A stretch of 64,000 nucleotides of DNA from Isurus oxyrinchus. Its lineage: Eukaryota. Numbering within the stretch: the stretch's first letter is position 1; every line of letters starts with the position of its first letter. The translations under genes were made by a program, and so were the position numbers. The notes under the pieces were generated by a model. That model had not been told where the DNA came from and did no database searches. It saw only the letters and a program-made list of their open reading frames with translations. The DNA is taken from positions 62,001 to 126,000 of the forward strand of contig JANJGN010000140.1 in the NCBI GenBank assembly GCA_026770705.1. Reading direction: 5' to 3'. This document shows positions 1-13,514 of the stretch, one piece after another.

Positions 1-399
1 AAATCAGCAGAGGCATTACTGGAGGACAGACAGTGCAGGGTGGAGCTGAAGAAAGCAACTAGGAGAGCAAACAGGGGATATGAGAAAGCACTGGCTGGTA
101 AAAGTAGGGAAAATCCTAAGATATTCTACAAGTGTATCAATGGGAAGAGGAAAACCAGGAAAAGAGTAGGGCCCATAAGGGACGAAGGTGGTAATCTATG
201 GGTGGAGCCAAAGGACATCGTTAGAGTGTTGAATGAATACTTCACATGTGTCTTCACCCATGAGAATGAGGATGAAGGTATGGAACTCAGGGAGAGAGAC
301 TGCGAGGTTCTTAAGCAAATTGATATAGGGAATGACAAGGTATTGGAGGTGTTGGCGGGCTTAAAAGGGGACAAATCTCTAGGTCCGGATGATTTGTGA
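1..399 (+). mobile_element. CR1-type LINE ORF2 fragment (region upstream of the RT core)
   Basis: ORF 40-399 (KSRENPKIFYKCINGKRKTRKRVGPIRDEGGNL...LNEYFTCVFT...DKSLGPD) aligns by eye with the N-terminal part of the LINE ORF at 17774-19120. Confidence 0.8.
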
Positions 400-972
400 A
401 CAGAGGTAGAGAAATCTCTCGAATGAACAGTAACTAAAGCTTAATATGAAGGACTGTTCTTCCAGACCGTTAACTCAGACAGACCAGAGGACATTCTTTG
501 TCACTCCTGTAACAAAATGCAGAATTTGTCAAATCTGGGACTGGATGTAACATATGAAGTGTACAACTACTTAAACATAGACTCACCGTATAACAAGACC
601 ATTGCTACCAGAAGGGAACGTAGAGAGTATCTGACTTCGATTTCGACAGAAAATAACTAAACTTAGAAAGTTAGCTGATATTGTTGCCCTGATATTAAAG
701 AGTAATCACGGATCAGGGGCAGGAGTCACTTATTGAGATGCCGTGGGGGAATGTTAATGAAAACCCAGCTCTCTGATAACGGCACAGGCGACAAAATGTC
801 ATAAGAGGCTCGGCTTTGCCAGCCGCTGGCAATTTAAAACATTGAAATGTGAACCGATCACCGATCACTGATCCAGATGGTTTTCCAGACAAACGAACGG
901 GCTGGAATTTCAGAACCAATTTTCTGAAATATGATGCATCCAATTGGGATATTCACCGTTTTCTTTCCACAG

Positions 973-1357
973 GGCTGTTCTGACTTAAGGAAACTCGGTT
1001 GGAAAATAACGCTTGTTTGGCATGTTTAGCTTGCATTCACTGGGCCCTGTGGTAGGACTGGATAACCCTAAGCGAGCAGGGGAGCAAAGGCTGGTGGAGC
1101 CAGAGGTTCAAATCCAGCTACAAGGCGCAATGATTGGATTCGGTGGTACCGAAAATTATCACTCTCGACAGCAGAATTTATAATCTACCTCTATCAGAGC
1201 AGAGCAACTGAGGATAGCGGACGGTTTGGAAAGTGTCTTGACAGGAAAAAGGTTATAACACTGTTTGTGGGAAGGAAGTGGTGGCTTCACACACAAGGGT
1301 GTATGGCTGCGGGAGGATACACATTGTGGAAACGGTTACCGATCCTGTACAACAACT
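973..1357 (+). pseudogene. Highly degenerate TCR V segment with remnant 23-type RSS
   Basis: Acceptor ttccacag at 965-972. WIRWYRK...EFII motif, then frameshifted SHTRVYGCGR (D-x-A-V-Y-Y-C relic). CACATTG 1320-1326 + 22 nt + ACAACAACT 1349-1357. Confidence 0.55.
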
Positions 1358-1589
1358 CGCATTCTTCTCAATCGTCGAGTTAATTACTTTCATCCTCACC
1401 ATCTCGAGTATCACTTTGTCAGTACAACAAATGAGAACTGTCATATTGTCTTATAGTCTCATCTGACAAAGATCTGAAACGTTAAGGGTTCCGATGCTGT
1501 GGGTAGACACATTTGTAGGAGCGTGAAAGGATCTGCGATTACCCAGCAATCGTGATTTCACCTGGATACATCAAATATAATGGGTCAAC

Positions 1590-1718
1590 NNNNNNNNNNN
1601 NNNNNNNNNNNNNNNNNNNNNNNNNNNNNNNNNNNNNNNNNNNNNNNNNNNNNNNNNNNNNNNNNNNNNNNNNNNNNNNNNNNNNNNNNNNNNNNNNNNN
1701 NNNNNNNNNNNNNNNNNN
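1590..1718. other. Assembly gap (N run)
   Basis: Run of N. Confidence 1.
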
Positions 1719-2284
1719 GAGGATAGATTTCTAAAGGCGTTTGTGTGTGTGTATGTGTGTGTGTGTGCGTGTGTGCATGGTTTTGAGTGTTTGATTTTGA
1801 CAGTGTTCAGCAGAAGGTAAATTAGTGAAGGTGTGTGGGAAAACCAGGGATGCATTGTGGATTGATATTATATTTCTGCTGTTTAGCTGTATACCTCTGG
1901 GATTTAGCTCCCTTGTTGCACAATGGCCTAGTGAACCTGATGACTGTTGCAAATAACGTGTTAATCAATACCTCTGGAACCAGCTGCTCCTACTGAACAA
2001 GTCACCAGTTATCTCCAACGTTACGTTTAAAGATCAGAAGTTTATGTGAGGAATTTAATCTCTATTCACAAACGGGTATGTTTGTATTATTGCAGTGAAT
2101 GAAGTTAGTTAAAAACAACCAATTGCAGTGAGCTTGTTTATGTTTTGTGTGAAATCACCAGATTCAACATTTCAAATCAAGAATGAAACACTAGTTGATA
2201 TCTGCAAGGGAAAGTGAGCGGTTTCTGTTTGCCTTTAACTCCATCGATCTCCTCTATCAATACACCGAATGGTTGCAGAATCGT

Positions 2285-2520
2285 ATCTGCAAGATGCACT
2301 GCAGGAACTCACCAAGTCTCCTTTGACAGAACTTTCCAAACCCCCGGCCACTACCATCTAGAAGGACGAGGGCAGTAGATGGATGGGAACACCACCAGCT
2401 GGACGTTCCCCTCCAAGTCACTCACTGTCCTGACTTGATATATACCGCCATTCCTTCATTGTCGCTGGGTCAAAATCTTGGATCTCCCTCCCTAACAGCC
2501 CTGTGGGTGTACACTACTGC
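2285..2520 (+). mobile_element. LINE 3' end / SINE-tail fragment (common shark repeat)
   Basis: ctagaaggacgagggcag...ccctccctaacagc...gtgggtgtac motif recurs in either orientation at 2760-2985, 6480-6970, 9715-10020, 15165-15345, 46760-47060 and 62050-62260. Confidence 0.65.
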
Positions 2521-2989
2521 AATGAAGATTTCAATTTTTTGAATGAGTCTCTAGCAGCAATATGAGGAAAATTGCGCTCTCAAAATTTCTGAAATTTAAC
2601 CAAAAAATATCAGCAACATCTTCTGTGATCACCTAATGTGGCTATTTGAATGCATATGTGTGTTTGTGCTTGTGTGTTTATCTGTATGTATATGTGTGGT
2701 GCTCCGATGTTCTCCAGCGGATTACTCAATAGCGATCATGTTTCCCAGCTACTGGAAGAGTTTTTTTATTCATTCATGGGATGTGGGCGACGCTGGTTGG
2801 GCCAGCATTTCTTGCCCATCTTTTATTGCCCTTGAGAAGGTGGTGGTGAACTGCCTTCTTAAACAACTACCGACAGTGCTAGTAGGGAGGGGGTTCCAGG
2901 ATTTTGACCCAGCGACAATGATGGAACGCGATATATTTCCAGGTCAGGATGGTGTGATGCTTGGAGGGTAACTTCTAGAAGGTGTTGTG

Positions 2990-3051
2990 TGTTTGTGTGA
3001 TTATGACAGTATCCAGGAGAGGGTAGCTTGCTAAAGGTCTGTTTGTGTGTT

Positions 3052-3104
<53 letters not shown>

Positions 3105-3440
3105 GTGTGTGTGTGTGTGTGTTTCTGTATATGTGTATGTGCGTGATTATAGCAGTGTTCAGCAGATCGTAGATTGCTGCAGAGGTGTGTGTTTTTGTCT
3201 GTGTGTGTGAGGTTATGACGGTGTCCAGCAGAGGGTAAGGTGCCAAAGGTGTGTGTGTGTGTGTGTGAGTGTGTGTGTGTGTGTGTGTGTGCATGTGTGA
3301 TTATGGCAGTGTCCAGCAGAGTGTAGGTTGCTAAAGGGGTGTCTGTATGTGAATGTGTGTGTGAGTGTGGATGTGTCTGTGTGTGTGCATGTGTGTGTGT
3401 GTGCGTGTGTGCGTGTGATACCGAAAGTGTCCAGAAGAGC
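2990..3440. repeat. Compound minisatellite: (TG)n spacers between gtgtccagcagagggtag-like units
   Basis: Repeated tgattatgacagtgtccagcagagggtag..tgctaaagg + (TG)n; related copies at 1720-1840 and 21790-22210. Confidence 0.85.
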
Positions 3441-3789
3441 AGCAAATAGCAATATCGAATTGAAGGGCCGCATCAATATTAACAGAACCGTTTCGTTTTC
3501 TTTGTGTGAAACGGCAGATGCTATAACTGGGACTTAGCGAACATTTACTCCGTCACCGAGCTCCATGACCCAGTGAACGCCTCAGAGCTTCCACCGATAT
3601 TGGAGGTGGCAAAACAGAATTGGCGGAGGTTGCCAAGTAATTGCAGTGCAGTGATATCCAGGGCAACATACAACCGCTTCATTCTGAAAGAGGTTCCGAA
3701 CCTGAATCTTCGCCATTTCTTCCTGAAAGGCAAAGGCAGAATATTTCAAACGTAAGGGAGCAACCCTGGAAAACAGGCTGACTCTTCAA

Positions 3790-4070
3790 ACCTCGTTTCA
3801 CTGTGTAATTTGAGTTCTCTAAATAATTTGGAAATAAAAGTCTAATGATGCCTACGGAACCATTGCCGATTGTCGGTAATAAACCCATCTCATTCACTAA
3901 TGTCCTTTGGGGGCGTAAATCTGCCGTCCTTACCCGTTCTGGCCTACATGTGACTCCAGGCCCACATGAATGTGATTGACTCTTAAACGCCCTTTAGCAA
4001 GGGCAATTGGAGCAGGGCAATAAATGCTGGCCTAAAAGCGACACCCATATCCCATGAATGAATCAAAGCA
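3790..4070 (+). mobile_element. Deu-domain-type SINE (SacSINE1-like)
   Basis: aagtctaatgatg...ttcactaatgtcctt...ctggcctacatgtgactccag...aagggcaatt...catcccatgaatgaat; paralogues at 22570-22830, 44960-45274 and 57150-57480. Confidence 0.65.
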
Positions 4071-4649
4071 AATGTTTAGAAGATCCATTTTCTTCCAGTC
4101 TCTCGGTGCGAAGATTTTCTACGTGCAGTGCCCGATAAACAGTAGGTGTTCGAATTGGTAAAAGGTAATCACCACAGCTCAGAGACAGGTTAAACATAGC
4201 AGTTCAAATCGCTCATGAAACGCTGAGAATCACAAATGCTTAGAAATAAAAGAACAGAACATTCTGGAAAATTAAAGTTTAGCCGGATAGGATGCCTCTC
4301 AGTGGAGAGAAAATCTGAACTAACGTTTCTGATCGGGTGACTTTTTATCCGAACTGAAAAATCTGGAAGTGAAATAAGTTCTGTTCAATTGTTTGGCAGG
4401 ACAAGGTTTCATTGTACGGGATCCGGTTAATCTCTGTAGCAGTGCAGGGTTCATGGTGCAAAGGCACACCAGTGGCGGAGGGAAGTTCCCAGCGATATTT
4501 AAAACAATCCTTGTGATTTCCTTTAGCAAAGCAACAGATACCTTTCCGGAGTCACAGGGACCAGGCAATAGAACGGGTGCCCTCAAATATATGACTGTCC
4601 TTTTACAGAGCGGACAGTTCCAATGCGAGCTTTGGAATGGGTGTCTTCA

Positions 4650-4710
4650 CTTGAGTCACGTCATCAAATTGTTGAGGGCGGGGTTTAGAATGGGTGCCTT
4701 CAAATATGCG
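4650..4710 (+). promoter_or_regulatory. TCR V promoter (CRE/AP-1-like, GC box, TATA-like)
   Basis: tgagtcacgtca, gagggcgggg and tcaaatat lie 30-90 nt upstream of the leader ATG at 4740; the GC box/TATA block is shared with the paralogous promoter at 13570-13610. Confidence 0.55.
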
Positions 4711-4739
4711 AGTGCCCTTTGACTGAGAGGATAGCGACA

Positions 4740-5243
4740 ATGCAGCTACTCGGCACCTTGGTTGTGCGGGGAGTATTTATCACAGGTAATTGTGAACTGA
4801 GCATCAAGTCATCTTTTCTCCTGTTTCCCAGCCATGGTTCAAGTCATGTTTAATCAGCCACCGTTCATATCTTGCCCGCTCTTATTTTGTTTCCAGATCT
4901 AAGTGATGGTGATTCAGTCACTCAGCCGCTGTCCACACATGTTAAGGCACAGGGAGAAGGGGTGACACTGAGCTGTAGCTACAATTCTACAGCGAGCAGC
5001 TTTAGTCTATTCTGGTACCGACAACACGTAACACACAGCCCGAGTGTATGGTCAGGAAGGATAGTGACGGTGATGAATTTAAAGCAGATTTTGCTGAAAC
5101 TCGCTTCTCTTCGGATCTCCAGACCTCCAAGAAAATCATCTGTTTATTCATCTCGGGTTTGCAGCGGACTGACGCTGTCGTGTAATACTGCGCTTTCACG
5201 GACTCACAGTGACGGAATGCAGCCTCACTCCTGTGCAAAATTG
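4740..5243 (+). pseudogene. TCR alpha/delta V pseudogene (same family as the intact V at 13641)
   Basis: Leader 4740-4785 MQLLGTLVVRGVFIT|gt. V exon 4897-5204 DSVTQPLSTHVKAQGEGVTLSCSY...LFWYRQH, frameshift in FR2, then ...LQRTDAVV*YCAFTD. RSS CACAGTG 5205-5211 + 23 + GCAAAATTG. Confidence 0.92.
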
Positions 5244-6479
5244 CGACTGAACTGCGGAGTGGGATTCACTGACTGTTGAGCATTGTGGTGAATCTCAGGC
5301 ACATTTAGCCTCTCAAAAACACACTGGAAGGAAACCAAATGAACCTCGGAACAAACTGTCACCCAACAGTTTTCTAAGAGAGGCTGAGAAAATAAACCTT
5401 CAGCTTCTCAACGGGCAGAGAGACATAGAAGAGAATCCTATTGGATCAGATCCCTTCACTCACTGACCTGCTGCCGTTTGAGAACTGTCGATGCTGAGCT
5501 GCATGTCAGTGAACGGAAACACCCCAAGGTCGGCTACTCTCAATGCCCTGAGCGGAGTAATGGCTTTGCTGTTCGAGATCCGGGTGGAAGTGGGAACGCC
5601 AGGCCCAGTGCTGATCAACAGGAAAGCAAGTTTAATGGAGAAGAAAACTGTTCCAACGTTATGAAGACTTGCTTGGGTTTGTTTTAACGACCATAGTCAC
5701 TAACTTGCAAGATCTTCTGCCTGTGTAAAAAGTACTCTGATCCAGTGTCAGGAATATAAAATAATTTTAGTAATGTTATTAGAAATTATTGTCAAGTGGA
5801 GTAACAGTGGGGTCTGGGGACTGTGCGTGAATTAATTCAATTAAAGGCAGATGGTCTGAAGACTTTGATGTATTGGAAGATAAGCTCGATTTGAAAAGTG
5901 AACGTTACAAAGTGATAGGAAATCAAATTATCCTCGGATCAAACTGTCAGCCAACTGTTTCTCGCAGCGGCCGAGAATATCAAACAGACTGCAGAATCCG
6001 ATTGGACAGATTGACATGGAAGTGAATCATACCGGAAGAAATCCTGTCCAGTCCACATTGGTTGTTCACCTGTAAATCAGGGTTAATGGGGGAGGGAGAC
6101 ATTCTAGAGTGAGGAACACATCCTCAAACAGAACACACATTAGGGGCGCTCTTCCTTCACTGCCCCGTTCCTTCTTTGCCGCTGTCTCAAAATACTGGAT
6201 CTTTCTCCCTAACAGCGCGGTGGGTGTACACCGCTGCAATAAAAGCGACAAACTCATGAATGAGTCTCTGGTGGCGATTGAGGTAAATTGCGCTCTCGCA
6301 GCTTCTGCAATCAAAGAAAAAAATTAGCAACATCTATTTCTGGCCACCGAGCGTGGCTATTTGAATATATATGCATGTGTGCCATTGTGTGTTCCGATGC
6401 TATCCAGTGGAGGGCGCTCGCTGATCACTTGACAGCGATATTTTTGCTCAACAGCAGAAAGAGTTTTTCTCATTGATCT

Positions 6480-6970
6480 GCCAGCTGCGGGCTGCATTGG
6501 CTGGGCCAACCCTTATTGCCCATCCCTAGTTGCCCTTGAGGAGATGCTGGTGAGCTGCCTTCTTAAACGCTGCAGCCCATGTGGTGTAAGTGCATCCACA
6601 ATGCTGTTAGCGAGGGAGTTCCAGGATTTTGACCCAGTGACAGTAATGCAATGATTATATATTTCCAAATCAGGATTGTGAGGTATTTGGAGGGGAACAT
6701 CTAGGTGGTGGTGTTCTCATCTATCTGCTGCCCTTGTCCTTCTAGATGGTAGTGGTCGTGGTTTTGGATGGTTCTGTCGAAGGAGCCTTTGCGAATTCCT
6801 GCAGTGCATCTTATAGATGGTACTTCCTGCTATTGCTGTGCGTCGGTGGTGGAGGTAATGAATGTTTGTGGTGTGGTGCCAGTCAAGTGAGCTGCTTTGT
6901 CCTTGATGATGTTGAGCTTCTTGAGTGTTGTGGGAGCTGTGGGAGCTGTAATCATCCAGGCAAATGGAGA
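6480..6970 (-). mobile_element. CR1/L2-type LINE 3' fragment
   Basis: Minus-strand ORFs AWMITAPT..LKKLNIIKDKAAHLTG and IHYLHHRRT..TIYKMHCRNS, followed by the repeat 3' tail. Confidence 0.75.
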
Positions 6971-7609
6971 ATGTTCCGTCACAATCAAGCGCATATTTGG
7001 AGAACGGGCCCATATTCCCAATCGGGATGTTACCAGCATTGTCAAGGAATTGGCACCTGGGTACCACAAACAGATAAACTGTGTGTTTGAATGATCATAA
7101 TATCTTCCATTGTCGCAGGACTATTTGACATAAGCACAGAAGGAATGTTAAAAGAAACCACGGGCCACACCTACTCTGAAGAGCGGACATTATTCACTCT
7201 CTGCTCAATTTCCCCCCTTATTGGCGATGAGAAAGATTATTTCTTCTTAGTGTGGTACGTTCAAGCTAGATCAGAACGGTCTATGATAAATGCGCTGCTA
7301 TGTGCAGTTAACTATAGAACTAAGAGAGATGGATCGTTCACTGGTTACAGTGAATTCTCCAGTAAGATTTCCTCTCGCCCCCTCTAAGCTGACATTAATG
7401 TGTTCTTTGTGATAAAATGTTCCAAGAAAGTAAGGATCTTATATTTTTCCAGGAATTAATGACCTGAAGAACCTTCATTAAACCATTTCAGATGTTGCTA
7501 CACAGACAGGAATTGGAGCAATCCCTCCTTTTACCTGATGCTCTGATATTGTCACAAACGGAGAGGCCATGTGCGGAGTCCCTCTCAGCTCTTTATATTT
7601 GATGTTCCG

Positions 7610-7680
7610 CAGGAAGTGACATCGGACCAATCCCGACTCTTTCCCATAGGAAGGTGACATTAGTGCTTTTTGATTGGATA
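7610..7680 (+). promoter_or_regulatory. TCR V promoter with ETS/CRE-decamer and CCAAT motifs
   Basis: caggaagtgacatc (AGTGACATCA-like decamer overlapping GGAAG), ccaat, ggtgacatt and gattgg upstream of ATG 7734. Confidence 0.55.
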
Positions 7681-7733
7681 TTGTGCAGCTCCCTGAGACA
7701 CAGAAAAGACCCTGGGATTCTGAAGAAGCAGCA

Positions 7734-8829
7734 ATGTGGCTCTCTCTTAACGCTGTAATCTGGGGGCCATTCATTGGCGGTAAGAGGATGAAACATTTTT
7801 AGAAAGTAACATTAATTTCAGGATGAATCAACGTGAAAAGCAGAGAGTTGGTGTTATCCTTTCAACAGCCCGCTGTTGGACCACATTTGCAGTTTCACCA
7901 AAAGCAAATAGAAGATCAGGAGAAATTTAGGGGGAAAATATTTACCAAGACGAGAACAGAATTGAGAGACAACATCGATGAGGAATAATTGGAGATGGTA
8001 GGGTTCTTCTCCACAGTTAAGTCAGGACTGAGGGACTAGCTGACAGAGATCCGTAAATAGATGAAAGAGGTTGATAGGGTTGAAATGGAAAACTTTCCAC
8101 ATGTCACGGATTATAGAGCTACGGGGCACAAACACAAGAGTGTGAAAAAATATCCAATGGAGTTTTCAGGAGAGGGTTTGCACCCACGGAATGGTTAGAA
8201 TGTTCACTTCACCTTCACAAAGAGGATTTCGGGTGAACAGTGTCCCTGATATAATTGGACAGGTGATGGGGGAATGAAGAGGAGGATATGATAGTAGAGT
8301 TAATGAGGAGTGATGGAAGGTGATGCTGGCGATTGTAAACACCCGCAGGCACTACTTGCGCCCAATAACCTTTTCTATCGCCCCAATGATATCTCCGTCT
8401 AAGTAAAACTCTCTGTGAATTATTGCCGTCAGTTCAGTTGAAGTTTTAATCGATGATTTCCGCTTTCTTTAACCGTGCTTTCCAGATCCGAGCGATTGGG
8501 ATTCTGTTACTCAGCGGGAATCCTCACTCACACAGACAGAGGGAGAAGGTGTCACTTTAACCTGCATCTATACCGGCGCTGGTTATTACTTATTCTGATA
8601 CCGACAGTACCCTGGAAAACAGCCCGAGATTGGAGTCCAGATATACACGGAAGGCAGTGCGGAATATAAGGTGAATTTCGCTCAGAGCCGGTTTTCTGAT
8701 ACAGCCCAGCAGTCAGACAAGTTGTACCGATTGACCATCCCGGAGCTTGTGGCTGTCTGACACCGCAGTCTATTACTGTGCACAGAGTCTCACAGTGAAG
8801 GGAACGAGTGCAAACCTCGTACAATAAGT
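7734..8829 (+). pseudogene. TCR alpha/delta V pseudogene
   Basis: Leader 7734-7779 MWLSLNAVIWGPFIG|gtaag. The 706-nt intron contains an old CR1-like fragment. V exon 8486-8790 DSVTQRESSLTQTEGEGVTLTCIY...YLF*YRQYPGKQP (Trp41 to TGA at 8596), frameshift before LSDTAVYYCAQS. RSS CACAGTG 8791-8797 + 23 + ACAATAAGT. Confidence 0.92.
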
Positions 8830-9281
8830 GCTGCAGCTTTCTGGGTCAAAGCTGCTGTCTGCTGAGTGTTGTTTATCACAGACATGACACGTGAAAGCAA
8901 TCCTGTGGGCAAAAAGAACAAGCACAATCCACATATACAGCAGCTGAAATCTTTCCGTTTGAATGCTGACCCTCTTCCTGTTGATTGCATTAACGTTGTG
9001 GAGGCTGAATTGGCTGCTCGCCAGTTCCCATTTGCCCAGAACAATCTCCAGCCCCTTTCCTGAAACCATTTCTACCAGTTTACCGCTGCTTCAGGGACAG
9101 CTCGTGGCAAGGGGACAAGGAATCATTGTGCTAAAAGATTAGTCTGCAGCGTAAACAGAAGTATGCCAAGGGGAGAAGGGCATGATAATTATATGAACCT
9201 CATTAAATGTTCCGAAATGTTAAAGACATTTGAACATATTAATACAAATCATGCACAATATAAGCCGCCCCTGAGGGTTTG

Positions 9282-9295
9282 CTGCCATCTGGCGG
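9282..9295 (-). promoter_or_regulatory. CTCF-like core motif CCGCCAGATGGCAG
   Basis: Close match to the CCASYAGRKGGCRS core; motif only, no binding data. Confidence 0.45.
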
Positions 9296-9714
9296 GAGAA
9301 ATCAGAATTGTTCCTGTCATTGTTTCCTTCAGTTCAGAGGGCCGGTGTTTCGGAATTATGCTCCGAAGACAATCGAAAGACCACACAGGCACCGGGGGCG
9401 ATAAGCATAACCACCATCCAATTACGTTCACGTTGAACACTGGCTCTCTCTCTCTCTAATGATTGCATTAAGGCAATGAGGGCAGAATTGGCGGCTCGTC
9501 ATTCCCGTTAAAAAAACAAACTCCCACCCGCTTTCCTGGAACGAGCTCTGTCGGTTTCCGGCTCCTTCAGATAAAGCTGTAATAATTGGTTTTATATACC
9601 AGCCTGCAGGGGAAGCAGGAGTCCGCTAGCTGGAAACGATCGTAATAATTATGAGCCTGATTAAATATCCCGCGATGTTAAAGACGTTTGACATCATTCA
9701 ATGATTGTATTCTT

Positions 9715-10865
9715 TTTCGATTCATGTACGGGATGTGGGCGTCGCTGGCTGGGCCAGCATTTATTGCGCATCCCTAATTTCCCTTGAGAAGATGGTGGTG
9801 AGCTGCCTTCTTGAACCGCTGCAGTTCATGTCGTGTAGGTACACCCACCATGCTGTTAGGAAGGGAGATCCAGGATTCTGACCCAACGACAGTGAAGGAA
9901 CGACGATATATTTCCAAGTCAGGATGGTGTGTGGTTTGGAGGAAACTTCCAGCCGTTGGTGTTCCCATCTATCTGCTGCCCTTTCACTTCTAGATGGTAC
10001 GGGTCGTAGGTTTGGAAAGTGTTGTCAATAAGGGCCTTTGTGAATCCCTACAGTGAATTTTGCTGCTGCTGTGCATCGGTGGTGGAGGGAGTGAATGTTT
10101 TTGGATAGGTTGCCAATCAAGCGGACTGCTTTGTCCTGGGCGGTTTTAAGCATTTTGAGCCTTGTTGGAGCTGTACATATCCAGGCCAGTGGAAAGTATT
10201 CCACCACACTCTTGACTTGTGCCTTGTACACGGTGCACAGGCTTTGGGGAGTTAAGAGGTGAGCCAATCGTCGCAAGATTCCTACCCTCTGACCTGCTTT
10301 CGTAGCTATGGTATTTATATGGCTAGTCCAGTTCAGTTTCTAGTCAATGGTAACACCCTGGATGTTGATAGTGGGAGATTCAGTGACGGTAATGCAATTG
10401 AACATCAAGGGTTGATGCTTCGATTCTCTCTTGTTGGACATGGTCATTGCCTGGCATTTGTTGGCCGTGAATGGTAATTGCTATTTGTCAGTCCAAGCTT
10501 AAGTATTGCCCAGGTCTTGCTGCATTTGTACATGGGCTGCCTCAGTATCTGCACAGTCACAAATGGTTCAGAACATTGTGCAATCATCAACGAACATCCT
10601 TACTTCTGGCTTTACGGTAGAAGGGGGGGTCATTGATGAAACAGGTTATTGATAAGCAAGTGTCACATGATAGCAATGTTGGTAACCTCTTTTATTACTT
10701 TACTGATGATGGAGAGTAGGCGGATGAGGCGGTACTTGACCGGAGTCAACTTGTCTTGCTTTTTGTGTACAGGACATGCCTGGGCACTTTTCCATATTCC
10801 CGGGTAGGTGCCAGTTTTGTGGCTGTACTGGAACAGCTTGGCTAGGGGCGCAGCTAGGTCTGGAC
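9715..10865 (-). mobile_element. CR1/L2-type LINE 3' portion
   Basis: ORF 10025-10276 (LLTPQSLCTVYKAQVKSVVEYFPLAW...QDKAVRLIG) is the C-terminal ORF2 region, followed by the repeat tail. Confidence 0.8.
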
Positions 10866-13514
10866 CACAAATGGCTTCACGATGTGAGAAACTCTCAGGG
10901 GAGATCCAATCCAGCTGCCCTGGGAGCCAGCAGTGCCTTTTGCATTGACGGTGATCGTAGTACTTTAACTCTTTGCAACAGGCTTATTCCAGGCAACCTG
11001 TGGAGACCTCAGAGGGATAATGTCGCCTGCTCCATACCATTGCATCAAGGCGTTCACAGATGTAATGTTCTGAAGGGCTGGAAATAACATGGACAGCCAT
11101 GCACCTTTACAAACAGGAAAGATTTACACTTGGTCAATGTGCAGCTGGTGTGCCACCATTAGGTGGCGTCCAGCGATCATGAAAGGCACTATATTCGTGC
11201 TTATATTTTTGTTATGAATTATAGGCACAAAATAAAAAGTGTCGGATTGAGCCAATGAGCCATAGCTTTCCAGACTGACCCTAAATCCAAGCAGTGGGCG
11301 AAGCCGCTCAGCACCCTGGAATAAAAGAACTATCCATTCTTCAAAACCTCCCCTCCCACCCTCACTGCTGCTTCAACATAGCCCTGCATTTTATTTCCAT
11401 TGGAGACCATGTCTCCATTGATAATGGATTAGACCCTGTCCAATTGTCCTACTTAGGTTACCCTGGAGCATGACGCCTGTTGCCATGGTTTTCACACCTC
11501 AGCACTGTTGTAATTGACGTGAACTGACAGAGCTTCTGGTCTACAAGGCAGGTGCAGTTTCATGTCAGGGATGTTGCTAAGACTCTCAATGAGTACTTTC
11601 GATCAGCACTTTCGGTCAGCTGCACACTCGGGATGGGCGAAGTGAACAATTTCTCCAAGCTGTGAAAAACAAACTATCTTCTCTCAAAATCTGTTTGCCT
11701 TCATAACCGCAGGTAATTCTAGCAGGGTAAAATTGGGATGAGTTGTGGCCGATACCAAGGGAAACAATACCTGCTGACGTGAGCATTACTATGGGCGCAA
11801 GCTAAAGCCACTCCCGCTCCTTCCATCTTAATTTCTGAAGGCAGCGACTATGTGAGCGAATCTCCATGACCCGGATCCCGAAATCAGGCTGAGAACGAGC
11901 AGATTAGATGCACACACGTTAAAACAAATAGATTCAAAAGACGTTGGGAAGGAGGGTGAATAGACAATGAGTTAGACCCACCAACATCAGCACCCGATTA
12001 CAAACTGTAATATCCACAGTAGTTCAGACAGTGGGAGAATAGAATTCTATTCGGCAGCAAAACATAGCGAGAAGTGAAATAATAATGAAGACCGGCGCTA
12101 GAGAGTTCCACAGATTGATTCCTGACTCTGTAACTCTCCGGGATGCCCGCGGTCAGATAAGTGATGTAATTACCCGTCCCACTGGATTTCTCGTTCATGA
12201 CAAACAGGGAACGCCGACAGAAATATTCCTGATATCAGAGCGGGCAAGGCGGGACAGGCAGAGAGAGCAAACAACGGAAGCTGTTGCTGGGCCGAGGCGA
12301 GACGGATGTAATACATATACAATCTGAAAGGATTTCTCGCGTCATCCTTGGCTTATATCAAAGCGTTTGGATGCTAATTCAATTGAAAGAATCCAGTCCC
12401 AGGAGACAGACTACAGTACTTGTGTCATGTAACAGTCGGCTGAACAAAAGACCAGGCGATAGAATAGTGGTAATGCTGCTGATGAGAGTAATACAGAGCA
12501 TTAATACTCTGGAGATATGAGTTCAAAGCGAAACAAAGATCATGGAAGTGTCACATGGTTATAAAACCGCACCTGGTTCACTAACCTGCCTCGGATAAGG
12601 AAATCCGTCACTTTTGCCCATGGGACGGCAAATTCACAGCAATGAGCTTGCTTCATTACTGCGCCCGGAAATTTCCTCGCAGGCCACTCATTTGAATCAA
12701 GCCACCACAGAAGAATAGGACTGTGTGTGCATCTACATCACAGACAAGACAGCTCACCATCACCTTCGCAATGACATGTCGCAATGCGCGCTTAATTTTG
12801 CCCATGCCGGCTGTGTTCAATTCTAAAGAATGAATTAAAAATTATTTCAATCACCACCCCATCCGAGTGCCCCAATGTAGCCGTATCGGGCAGTGGCTGT
12901 GTGGAAACGTACCCTACAGCAATATCCTCAATGGAAGTGTTGAAATAAAACTGGAGAACATTGATAAAACATATAAGAGCTCAAAATGCAATATCGAGAT
13001 ATCTTTCGTACACACAGGGAATAACGAATATGTTCTAATTACGTTCAGTGAGAGTTAGGGAGGAGTATCACCTGGACAAGTTTAAGGGAGCTCTTGGGGA
13101 AGAAGAGAGAGAGGGAGCCCCGGAGAATTGAGTTAAAACATGAAAAACCGACATGAAATAGATTGCTTCAAGTGCTTCATTTTCTACATTCTTGTTGTCA
13201 AGGAGAATAACCTTTTTCTTCGAAATGTGTTCACGTTTACCATTTTCGTGCATTGACAAACAACCGCCCCTTTGCAGCCTCTCGATAGCTTAATTTCCAC
13301 CATAGCTCTGCATAATCGGAAAGCCTGGAAACATTATATCTGTTCCTTCTCCATCTTGATAACGTCCAGTTGGACTCCATCGGATCAGGAAGGATTTCTT
13401 CCCCAATCCTGCACTGTAAATCCGAATCGATTCCCTCTGTAAGGATAGTGAGTGTAATCTAGGTCAAGGCGCTTCGAGTTACTCTCTGATCTCTCAAAAC
13501 CTGGCGTTCACGGC

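Noticed and set aside
2975-3537. Long His/Thr- and Cys/Val-rich ORFs (also 21730-22260, 29053-29324, 59562-60591)
   Set aside because: They are translations of (CA)n/(TG)n microsatellites.
11640-12400. Possible further V or leader relic (gcag|gtaatt at ~11712; ORF 12085-12327)
   Set aside because: No C23/W41/YYC motifs and no RSS.
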